A stretch of DNA of 22,096 nt from Candidatus Bipolaricaulia bacterium (GTDB lineage Bacteria; Bipolaricaulota; Bipolaricaulia; JBHIAT01). The stretch spans positions 1 to 22,096 of the forward strand of contig JBHIAT010000046.1 of assembly GCA_046758705.1 (NCBI GenBank), in the 5' to 3' direction. Position 1 is the stretch's first letter. Each line of letters starts with the position of its first letter. Below the pieces are notes generated by a model, which saw only the letters and a program-made list of their open reading frames with translations, made no database searches and was not told the origin of the DNA. Below are positions 8,832 through 16,379 of the stretch, one piece after another. The translations under genes and the position numbers were made by a program.

Positions 8832-9299
8832 TCACCGCCTGCTATATACCCCCATCACTTCCGTCTCGGCCAAGATGTGTCCTTCTATCGCCTGGAGCAA
8901 TTGCTTCTTGCTCGCGCCGGTGGCGAGGTCGAGGTCGAGCGCCGTATCCAGGGCATAGAGTTTGAAGAAGTAGCGATGGGTGCCACCGGGTGGACAAGGG
9001 CCCCCATAGCTCAGCCGCCGCCAACTGTTCTGACCGTGCCGACTGCCGTCGGGCAGGTCAGCGTCCGAAGGGACCGCCTCCGGCAAGCCACGGGCTTCAG
9101 CCGGCAGGTTGTAGAGCACCCAGTGAACCCAGGTCCCCCTCGGCGCGTCGGGGTCATCGGCGATGAGAGCAAAACTTTGCGTATCCTGGGGTGGATCGCT
9201 CCATTGCAACGGCGGTGAGATGTCTTCACCGTCGCAGGTATACTTGCGGGGAATCGGCTCTCCGGGGGCAAAAGCGGTACTCGTCAACTCAAAAGGCAT
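8832..9299 (-). CDS. YbhB/YbcL family PEBP (Raf kinase inhibitor-like) protein
   Basis: YTCDGEDISPPLQW, DDPDAP, WVHWV, YGGPCPP, HRYFFKLYALD; ATG 9299 with SD AAAGGAG (alternative start 9326 overlaps the fixX stop). Confidence 0.95.
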   Translation of the reverse strand: MPFELTSTAFAPGEPIPRKYTCDGEDISPPLQWSDPPQDTQSFALIADDPDAPRGTWVHWVLYNLPAEARGLPEAVPSDADLPDGSRHGQNSWRRLSYGGPCPPGGTHRYFFKLYALDTALDLDLATGASKKQLLQAIEGHILAETEVMGVYSRR

Positions 9300-9322
9300 G
9301 GCTTGATCTCCTTTCTCCTCCA

Positions 9323-9637
9323 TCATCCGAATTTATACGACACCCCTTTACCCCCTTGTTGCCACGTCCAGACAACGTTGTCGTGGGGGCAGGCGACCCG
9401 GCAGGCGCCGCACTCCACGCAGTTCTCCCACTCGATAATCGGCACCACCTCCCCCTCAGGGACCCGCCACACATCCGCCGGGCAGATGAGCACGCACTCC
9501 TTCCCCGAGTTCTTGGCACAGACGTCGGTGTCGATGATCCCAAGATGGGACTCCGGCCCCTCGCTCCAGTGGAGTGTGAACAGTTTGTCGGTGAGCGATT
9601 TCTCTTCGGGCTCCCTGAGATACTCTTTGAGATCCAT
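9323..9637 (-). CDS. fixX: Ferredoxin-like protein, FixX family
   Basis: CVLICPADVW, CVECGACRVACP, GGKGVSYKFG; immediately downstream of fixC. Confidence 0.88.
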   Translation of the reverse strand: MDLKEYLREPEEKSLTDKLFTLHWSEGPESHLGIIDTDVCAKNSGKECVLICPADVWRVPEGEVVPIIEWENCVECGACRVACPHDNVVWTWQQGGKGVSYKFG

Positions 9638-9643
9638 CTGGGT

Positions 9644-11041
9644 TCACCCCCTGAGCAATCTCCAGCCGAGCCGCAGCCCGCCGAGCAGACCGATGCGTTC
9701 TTTGAACTCCGCGACGAGCTTGTCCACCAGTGGTTGATCTTTGAAGGTCTCAACGACCCGTGCCAGTTCCTCCGGATCTAAGATCTGGCCGATCTGCTCG
9801 ACCGCCTTCCGCTCCAGGTCCTGCTTGGGACTCCCATCCATCTTGAAGATCTGATGGATCGCGGCAAGGATGATCTCGGGATACTCCCGAAGTATGCGCC
9901 CGTTCTCGGTGAAGAAATCGGTCAGATGGCGATACTCCTCCAGATCCTTCCAGACCCAACTCTCCTTCATATGCCGTTCGTACTCCTGCAGGGTCGTCTC
10001 CGAGAAATCACCGCGTTCATGCGCTTGGAGTGCGACCTCACCAGCCAGGATGCCTGACTGCATCGCCAGATTCGTTCCCTCATGGTACAACGGGTTGGTG
10101 TTCACGAGACTCGCTGCATCACCGACGATCATCAGCCCGTCGGCCACAATCCGGGCCGCCTCGACGCCTCGGATCCCGGCCTCGGGGATCATATGGGCAC
10201 CGTATTCGACCGTCTCCGCGCCGCGGATCAGCGGCCGGATCGCCGGGTGCTGTTTGAAATGCACCAGGACGTCATGGGGACGGAGCCGGTCTCGGATGCC
10301 GCTGGCGATCGAATAGCCGATTCCAAGGCTCAGGTGCTGTTTACAGGTGTAGATGAACCCGCTGCCCAGCATCCCACGGACACCCTCCCCGAAGTACTCC
10401 AGGGCCGCCCCTTCGTTCCCGGCCAGGTGGAACCGATCGTCGATGACCTCTTGGGGGAGGGCCATCGTCTCCTTGACCGCCACGATGAAATCCTCAGGAC
10501 GGGGCTTCGGCTTCAGTCCGGCCGCCTCCGCCAACAGCGTGTTAGCGCCCTCGGCGAGGATGACGAGATCGGCCCTCAGGTCGCCATCGGGACGATCCGT
10601 GCGTACACCGACGATCCGGCCGTTCTGATACAGGAACTCGACGACGACCGTCTCGGTGACCAAGAATGCCCCGTCGCGCTCGGCAACCTCGGCGAACCAG
10701 CGGTCGAAACTTCCTCGGAACGCGGTGAACATGTGGTTGTGGGGAGGCTCGTTCCAACGAGATGTGCGAAAGTCGAGGCTCAACTCAGCATCACTGGAGA
10801 GCAGACTGAACTTCCGATGGATGATGTGGCGTTCGAGCGGTGCCTCGCTGACGAAATCGGGCACCAACTTCTCCAGGACCGGCGTGAACAGGATGCCACC
10901 GTAGAGGTTCTTTGTGCCGGGATAGCGCCCCTTCTCGAAGATGGCCACCTCAAGCCCACCGCGGGCCATGGTAATGGCGGCGGAGACCCCGGCCGGTCCG
11001 GCACCAACAACGATTGCATCGAACTTCCCGTCAGCCCCCAT
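9644..11041 (-). CDS. fixC: FAD-dependent oxidoreductase, FixC family (ETF:quinone oxidoreductase-like)
   Basis: VVGAGPAG, GTKNLYGG, FDRWFA, EYGAHMIPEAG, IVGDAA, EGTNLAMQSG. Confidence 0.9.
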   Translation of the reverse strand: MGADGKFDAIVVGAGPAGVSAAITMARGGLEVAIFEKGRYPGTKNLYGGILFTPVLEKLVPDFVSEAPLERHIIHRKFSLLSSDAELSLDFRTSRWNEPPHNHMFTAFRGSFDRWFAEVAERDGAFLVTETVVVEFLYQNGRIVGVRTDRPDGDLRADLVILAEGANTLLAEAAGLKPKPRPEDFIVAVKETMALPQEVIDDRFHLAGNEGAALEYFGEGVRGMLGSGFIYTCKQHLSLGIGYSIASGIRDRLRPHDVLVHFKQHPAIRPLIRGAETVEYGAHMIPEAGIRGVEAARIVADGLMIVGDAASLVNTNPLYHEGTNLAMQSGILAGEVALQAHERGDFSETTLQEYERHMKESWVWKDLEEYRHLTDFFTENGRILREYPEIILAAIHQIFKMDGSPKQDLERKAVEQIGQILDPEELARVVETFKDQPLVDKLVAEFKERIGLLGGLRLGWRLLRG

Positions 11042-11059
11042 AGAAGACCTCCTCCCGTG

Positions 11060-12649
11060 CTAACCACCAAAGCGAAAGACCGTGTAGACCAAGCCCATCA
11101 ACCCACCGAGCGAAAACCCGGCCAGGCCGACCGTCTCCCAGGGAGGCGGGGGATCACCGAGGACGAGGAGTGCGGAACTGATCATCACTGCAACTGCTGT
11201 CAGAGCACCGACCGTCGGCACCGACCGAACCGTCTGCCTGCCTTGCCATCGCCGAGTCCCAACCGAAGAGACCCCGTCCTCCAGCGCCTCGATACGCCGT
11301 GACAGTCTATCGAGACGCCCCGGCAGCTCGATCAGTCCTTTGACCTGGTCGTAGATGAGATCGAACAGCGCGGTGAGCCCCTTGCCGGGGTGAAGCTTCC
11401 AATAGAAGGACCGGATCACCTGATCCCAGCGGTAGTCCGGATCCAGATCCTCAGCCACCGCCTCGACGGTAACCAGCGTCTTGGGGAGCAACAGAAACCG
11501 GACCGGCGGGTCGAGCTGGTAGTGGCGTAGCACTCGGTTGATCAACTCATACATGAGCCGACCGATCGGTATCTCCTTCATCTGATGCCGGTAGTAATGC
11601 TCAAGGAAGTAGGCGATCTCCCCATGTAACCGCTCGGTATCCTCCGGTCGGACGATCTCCATGGCCTGCAGCACTTTCAGGACCCCGTCTGCATCGTGGT
11701 TGACGGCCGAGACGAACAACGTCTCCAGGTGCTCCCGGTCCCGGAGACGGAGCTCACCGACCAGCCCCAGGTCGACGAGGCCCAACCGGTTCTTGCCGAG
11801 CACCAGGATATTGCCAGGATGGGGATCGGCGTGGAAGATGCCGAATTTGAGGATCTGATCGAGATAGACCTCGGCGATCAGCCAGGCAATCGCTTTCAGG
11901 TCATATCCGGCCGCCTGAAGCGCCTGCTTGCGGTTGACCTTGATCCCATCGAGCCATTCGAGACACAGGACCCGTTCGGTGGCATAATGGACCTTTGGAA
12001 TCTTCACCCGGCTGTCATTCAAGAATACCCATCTGAGCCGCTCTGCGTTCCCCGCCTCCAGGCTGAAGTCGAGTTCCAGGATTGTATTCTTCTCGAACTC
12101 CTTGACCGCCTTGACCAACTGTGCCCGGCTCGCGACCGCGAGGCCCCGTTCCAGGACCCCGGCCATCCGGTAAAGCAGTCGGATGTCCTGTCGGATCTTC
12201 GCCTCGATCCCCGGCCGCCGCACTTTGACGGCGACCTCCTCCCCGGAGCGCAGGGTCGCCCGATGGACTTGCGCCAGGGACGCCGCCGCCACCGGCTGCT
12301 CGTCGAAATGTCGAAAGGTTCGGGAGAGTGGTCGGCCTAATTCCGCTTCGATGATCTCCACCGCGAACTCACTAGCGAACGGCGTGACCTTGTCCTGAAG
12401 CTTGTCCAGCTCCTCACAAACTCTCGGCGGGAAGAGATCCGGACGGGTGCTTACCGCCTGGCCGAATTTGATGAACGTCGGACCCAGCTCTTCCAGAATC
12501 CTCCTGAATCGCTTCGGTGGGGCCTCGTGCCCATCCCGTCTCATCAGGAGATCACGAACCAAGTACCCGAAACCGTGCTTGATGAAGATCCGGGTGATCT
12601 CACCGATCCGCTTGCCATCGTCCCAGCCTCTGAACGGGATCATCGACAT
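11060..12649 (-). CDS. AarF/ABC1/UbiB family atypical kinase with C-terminal TM helices
   Basis: LGPTFIKFGQ, AAASLAQVH, VAVKVRRP, ELDF..EA.N, HADPHPGN, DLG. Confidence 0.95.
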   Translation of the reverse strand: MSMIPFRGWDDGKRIGEITRIFIKHGFGYLVRDLLMRRDGHEAPPKRFRRILEELGPTFIKFGQAVSTRPDLFPPRVCEELDKLQDKVTPFASEFAVEIIEAELGRPLSRTFRHFDEQPVAAASLAQVHRATLRSGEEVAVKVRRPGIEAKIRQDIRLLYRMAGVLERGLAVASRAQLVKAVKEFEKNTILELDFSLEAGNAERLRWVFLNDSRVKIPKVHYATERVLCLEWLDGIKVNRKQALQAAGYDLKAIAWLIAEVYLDQILKFGIFHADPHPGNILVLGKNRLGLVDLGLVGELRLRDREHLETLFVSAVNHDADGVLKVLQAMEIVRPEDTERLHGEIAYFLEHYYRHQMKEIPIGRLMYELINRVLRHYQLDPPVRFLLLPKTLVTVEAVAEDLDPDYRWDQVIRSFYWKLHPGKGLTALFDLIYDQVKGLIELPGRLDRLSRRIEALEDGVSSVGTRRWQGRQTVRSVPTVGALTAVAVMISSALLVLGDPPPPWETVGLAGFSLGGLMGLVYTVFRFGG

Positions 12650-12675
12650 TGATCTCTAAAGCTTTGCTGAGGCGC

Positions 12676-12999
12676 TCAACCGCTGCTCTTCTTCTGCCGC
12701 TCCACCCGGGTGATCTTCTGTTCAAGCTCCTCAACCCGTATCTGCAGGGCCTCCAGCCGTTCAGCGCGGACGAATCCCAGGTCTTGGAGCAGCACCTCGG
12801 TCCGCTCCCCGAGCACTTTTCTGAGCCGAGTCCGTTCCTCATCGGCCCGCTCCAGCAGACGCTCCCGAAACGCTTGCTGCTCCCCCTCAGTGAACTCCTT
12901 CTCTTCCATGAACGCCTCGATCTCCTTCAGCAACCGGTCCCGAATCATGGCCGATGCCCCGATCCCGATGTTGATGATCTCCTCCAGTGTATTACCCAT
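12676..12999 (-). CDS. Phasin-like coiled-coil protein, the usual upstream partner of AarF/UbiB genes
   Basis: IGIGASAMIRDRL...LLQDLGFVRAERLEALQIRVEELE; ATG 12999 overlaps the end of rsfS (track start 13128 lies deep inside rsfS). Confidence 0.75.
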   Translation of the reverse strand: MGNTLEEIINIGIGASAMIRDRLLKEIEAFMEEKEFTEGEQQAFRERLLERADEERTRLRKVLGERTEVLLQDLGFVRAERLEALQIRVEELEQKITRVERQKKSSG

Positions 13000-13423
13000 C
13001 GTGTTTATCCCCTCTCTTTCTCCGCGACGGATCGCGCTGCTTGTCACTGACGTGATCGACATCGAGCTCCCACTCCCCCCACAGACCCTCCAGATCGTAG
13101 AACTCCCGGGTCTCCCTCTGGAATACATGGACGATGAAATCGTTGTAATCGAGCACCACCCAGTTCCTCCCCTTTACACCCTCCCTATGGAGCAGATGCT
13201 CTTTGGGATAATGCTCGATGAGATGATCGACGATCGCCTTTACCTGTTTCGGCCCCTCCGCCTCGGTGATCACAAAGTAACGTGTCGGGACCGAGACGGC
13301 CCGCATGTCGAGCACCACAGTGTTCTGGCCGTATTTCTCTTCGATCAGCTGGACAACCTGTCTCAACTGGGTGATCTCCCAGGTCTCAAGATCCGTATTT
13401 GTATTTGACCTCCGTGCCCCCAT
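12992..13423 (-). CDS. rsfS: Ribosome silencing factor RsfS (Iojap)
   Basis: VVLDMR...YFVI...QVKAIVD...EG...WVVLDYNDFIVHVF..ETREFYDLEGLW; start uncertain. Confidence 0.95.
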   Translation of the reverse strand: MGARRSNTNTDLETWEITQLRQVVQLIEEKYGQNTVVLDMRAVSVPTRYFVITEAEGPKQVKAIVDHLIEHYPKEHLLHREGVKGRNWVVLDYNDFIVHVFQRETREFYDLEGLWGEWELDVDHVSDKQRDPSRRKRGDKHDG

Positions 13424-13424
13424 C

Positions 13425-13650
13425 GTGACGACTCCCCATGAATCAATTCAGAGGCTTCTCAGTTCATCCTGCTTGCGTGTCGGGTAGAGCCTGTCTTTGA
13501 AGGTTTTGCGCATCGATCTTTATTCTATCCTAGCTGTCTCTCCTCTGTTGAGATTTTACGTATCGCTTTGGGAATTTGTCAACTGCTCTGCTCTACTACA
13601 CTACCCTGCACCAGCAACGTACCTGTATCCCTACACTGAACAGCAGAGAG
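13425..13650 (-). mobile_element. Internally deleted IS200/IS605-family (tnpB) remnant; left boundary uncertain (about 13577 or about 13650)
   Basis: Mini-ORF 13448-13513 MRKTFKDRLYPTRKQDELRSL* resembles the TnpB N-terminus (K.F.YRLYPT..Q) and runs into the right-end-like GAAGCCTCTGAATTGATTCATGGGGAGTCGTCAC (hairpin, terminal TCAC). Confidence 0.75.
13553..13582 (-). promoter_or_regulatory. Near-consensus sigma70 promoter firing through the tnpB remnant toward rsfS
   Basis: TTGACA (13582-13577), 18 nt, TAAAAT (13558-13553). Confidence 0.7.
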
Positions 13651-13671
13651 TTTAGGCACGGAAGGATTGAG

Positions 13672-14913
13672 CTAAAACGTGAAGTCCCTTCCAAAGATGA
13701 AGACCAGATCCGTTCCCTCAAAACTCACGCCCTCTTGCTCCATCTGAGTCTGGATCTGGGTCAACTGGGCTTCGAACTCCCCGGGGGAGACCAACTCGAC
13801 TGAGACATCTCCCAGCGTCTCCATTAACATTCTCGCCTTTTCCAAGTCCCCCGAGAGGTTGACAAGGTAGCTTCGGGGGTATTCGAAGCTATCCGCGTTG
13901 CCGATGTGGACAACCTGAAATTCCTTGGCACTCAAGTACTGTGCCACGTTATGGGCCAGGCCTTGGACACCGTTCCCATTCAACACCCCCACCTTGATCT
14001 CATCCCGGGTGATCATATCGATCCCGCGGATCAGCCGGTTAACGAGCTCCGCCGTCTTCACGATATCCGGCTCCAGATAGCTGATTCCATCGACTTGCAC
14101 CGGGATTCCCGGGATCTGAGCCATGCTCGCCGTGTCGAAGGTGGTCCTGCGCAGCAGCTTCATCATCGTGTAGAGATCGACGAGCGACAGGTTGGTGTCG
14201 ACGTAACGGATCGCCGTGTCAATCAATGCCTTCAGGTTCCATAGGGTATCGAACTGGATCCCTATATCGAGCAGGGCCTTGGCGAACTTCTGTTGTCTTC
14301 GAATCCGGCCGATATCACCGAGCTGGTCGTGGCGGAACCGCACATACCCCATCGCCTCCTTCCCGGTGAGGTGCTGTCGTCCGGGCGGGATGTCGATGTG
14401 AAGGTTCCCGGCAACATCGTCGTATTTCAGGTGCTTATCCACGTCGATCGTCACCCCGCCTAACAGGTCGACCAGTCGCTCGAATCCTCGATAGTCCATG
14501 GAGATGTAGAATTGCGACTTCGACGGCAACCCCAGGAAGTCGGAGATCACCTGCCGGGCCAATTCCGAACCGCCGATGGCGTAAGCCGCGTTCACCTTGC
14601 GCCACCGCCCGTCGGGGAACTTCAACCGGGTGTCTCGAGGGATAGAGAGCAGGTTCATCTCCCCATCTTTGGCGATGCTGACGAGCACGATAGTGTCACT
14701 GCGCCCCTGCTCGTTCGGCCTATCAGCGTCGATCCCGAAGACCAGAATGTTCGCCCGCTCACCGCGCCTGAACAAGCGATTGATCTTCCCGGCTTGCCAG
14801 GTATAGACCTGGACCCCGACCGCTAGGACCACCAAGATGATCCCAGCGATCATCAACCTGCGCTTCCACTTCCGTCGGCGTCTCTCGCTCGAGCTCTTGA
14901 AGTAGCTCTTCAA
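13672..14913 (-). CDS. LCP (LytR-CpsA-Psr) family protein with LytR C-terminal domain
   Basis: N-terminal TM; GRSDTI, SIPRDT, KVNAAY, YVRFRH, GDIGRIRRQQ; C-terminal VLNGNGVQGLA...IGNAD; TTG start with SD GAGG. Confidence 0.95.
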   Translation of the reverse strand: MKSYFKSSSERRRRKWKRRLMIAGIILVVLAVGVQVYTWQAGKINRLFRRGERANILVFGIDADRPNEQGRSDTIVLVSIAKDGEMNLLSIPRDTRLKFPDGRWRKVNAAYAIGGSELARQVISDFLGLPSKSQFYISMDYRGFERLVDLLGGVTIDVDKHLKYDDVAGNLHIDIPPGRQHLTGKEAMGYVRFRHDQLGDIGRIRRQQKFAKALLDIGIQFDTLWNLKALIDTAIRYVDTNLSLVDLYTMMKLLRRTTFDTASMAQIPGIPVQVDGISYLEPDIVKTAELVNRLIRGIDMITRDEIKVGVLNGNGVQGLAHNVAQYLSAKEFQVVHIGNADSFEYPRSYLVNLSGDLEKARMLMETLGDVSVELVSPGEFEAQLTQIQTQMEQEGVSFEGTDLVFIFGRDFTF

Positions 14914-14967
14914 TTTCGATCCTCTGTATTGTGTCGATTCTCTTGACCCACAACGATATTACCCCCA

Positions 14968-14996
14968 AATTTACCACAATTGCCCAGAAAAATCAA
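14968..14996 (-). promoter_or_regulatory. Putative promoter of the LCP gene
   Basis: TTGATT, 17 nt, TAAATT, with an extended TG. Confidence 0.5.
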
Positions 14997-15144
14997 GTGC
15001 AGACCGTCGATCGCGGCAATTGGTCAGGATCAACCTCTACAACGCAGTTGATCTGGGCAAGATCCTTATGCTATATGAGGATAGTCCGAGGGCCGGTGGG
15101 AAGCACACTTGCCAGGCCCTCCCGCCGTACCTTACATTTGTATT

Positions 15145-15174
15145 TTGATTTTAATTGCCTTCCTTGGGTACAAT
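15145..15174 (+). promoter_or_regulatory. Putative promoter of ctpA
   Basis: TTGATT, 18 nt, TACAAT; ATG at 15195. Confidence 0.55.
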
Positions 15175-15194
15175 ATGTTTTGGTGAGTGAACTA

Positions 15195-16379
15195 ATGAAC
15201 AAACGATTGCGTTGGAGCATTACCCTGTTAATCATCCTGATGATCGGCGTTGGGCTATTGAACTTCAATGCCACTCGTGGCCAACAGGAAAGCCAGTTTG
15301 AACTGTTCTCCCCGCTGTTTCGGGCCTATGATTATCTAAGAAATTATTTCTACCATCCGGAACTCGACCGCCAGCAGCTCCTCCACGGGGCGATCCGGGG
15401 GATGCTCAAGGAGCTGGATGACCCTTACTCCCGGTTTATGGCTCCGCAAGAATACGAGGAGATGCGGACCCGGATCGAGGGAGAGTTCGGGGGCCTGGGG
15501 ATTAAGATCGCGATCCGGGATGAACAGCTGATAGTCATCGCACCGATCAAGGGCACTCCGGCTTATCAGGCCGGGGTGAAGGCCGGGGACATCATCTTGG
15601 AGATCGACGGGATCTCGACCGAGGGAATGGATCTCAGCGAAGCGGTGCAGGTGCTGCGCGGCGATCCGGGGACACCAGTGACCCTCACGGTCACACACCG
15701 GGATGGAACCGATGAGATCCTGGCGATCGTTCGCGACATCATCGAGATCCAAACCGTCGAGAGTGAGCGGCTCGAGGGGGAGATCGGTTATATCCGCATC
15801 AACAGCTTCAATGATCGGACCGCTGCCGAATTGGACAAGGCGTTCGCCGAGCTTCCCAGGATTCAGGGGATTGTCCTCGACCTGCGCGACAACCCAGGTG
15901 GACTGCTGAGCGCTGCCATCGAGGTAAGCAGCCGGTTCATCGATCAAGGCTGGATCGTCTCGACCAAGAGCCCGACCACAGCTGACCAGGTCTACCACAC
16001 TCGGGGGAACGAACTCCCCAATTTCCCATTGGCCGTCCTCATCAATCAGGGAAGCGCCAGCGCTTCCGAGATCGTGGCCGGCGCCATCCAGGACCATCGT
16101 ATGGGGATCCTGGTCGGTGCTCGAAGCTTCGGGAAGGGGCTGATTCAGACGACCTTCCGGCTTGGGGACGGATCAGCGATCGCCTTGACCACCGCTGAAT
16201 ACTATACCCCGAATGGGTCCAGGGTTCAGGATGTCGGCCTGACCCCAGATATTCCGGTCGAGTCGGGAGATGGAGGGGAAGTTGAGGGGGGCGAAGACCA
16301 GGTGTTGAACACGGCGGTGGCGTGGGTGAAAGAACATCTGGGACAGCGGATGCCCCTGCTGCTCTCGGGCACCTCCTAA
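15195..16379 (+). CDS. ctpA: S41 family carboxy-terminal processing protease (PDZ)
   Basis: N-terminal signal/TM, LDDPYS, GGLGI PDZ, LDLRDNPGG, SASASE (Ser), SFGKG (Lys); stop overlaps the stop of the convergent gene. Confidence 0.93.
   Translation: MNKRLRWSITLLIILMIGVGLLNFNATRGQQESQFELFSPLFRAYDYLRNYFYHPELDRQQLLHGAIRGMLKELDDPYSRFMAPQEYEEMRTRIEGEFGGLGIKIAIRDEQLIVIAPIKGTPAYQAGVKAGDIILEIDGISTEGMDLSEAVQVLRGDPGTPVTLTVTHRDGTDEILAIVRDIIEIQTVESERLEGEIGYIRINSFNDRTAAELDKAFAELPRIQGIVLDLRDNPGGLLSAAIEVSSRFIDQGWIVSTKSPTTADQVYHTRGNELPNFPLAVLINQGSASASEIVAGAIQDHRMGILVGARSFGKGLIQTTFRLGDGSAIALTTAEYYTPNGSRVQDVGLTPDIPVESGDGGEVEGGEDQVLNTAVAWVKEHLGQRMPLLLSGTS

Noticed and set aside
9323-9790. FixC C-terminal extension and a missing Cys in the first FixX cluster motif (CAKNSGKEC)
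   Set aside because: Both regions vary within these families; significance cannot be judged without an alignment.
13583-13650. Short CTACAC/CTGCAC repeats as a CRISPR or iteron array
   Set aside because: Too short, irregular and degenerate; more likely part of the IS left-end region or spacer.
15088-15121. GGTGGGAAGCAC hairpin as a ZTP riboswitch, SRP RNA or tRNA
   Set aside because: Lacks the ZTP GACUGGCG and 3' pseudoknot, the SRP CAGG/AGCA loop and tRNA arms.
14931-15194. 88-aa N-terminal extension of CtpA in the ORF track
   Set aside because: It spans the putative promoters, and the signal/TM segment starts at ATG 15195.
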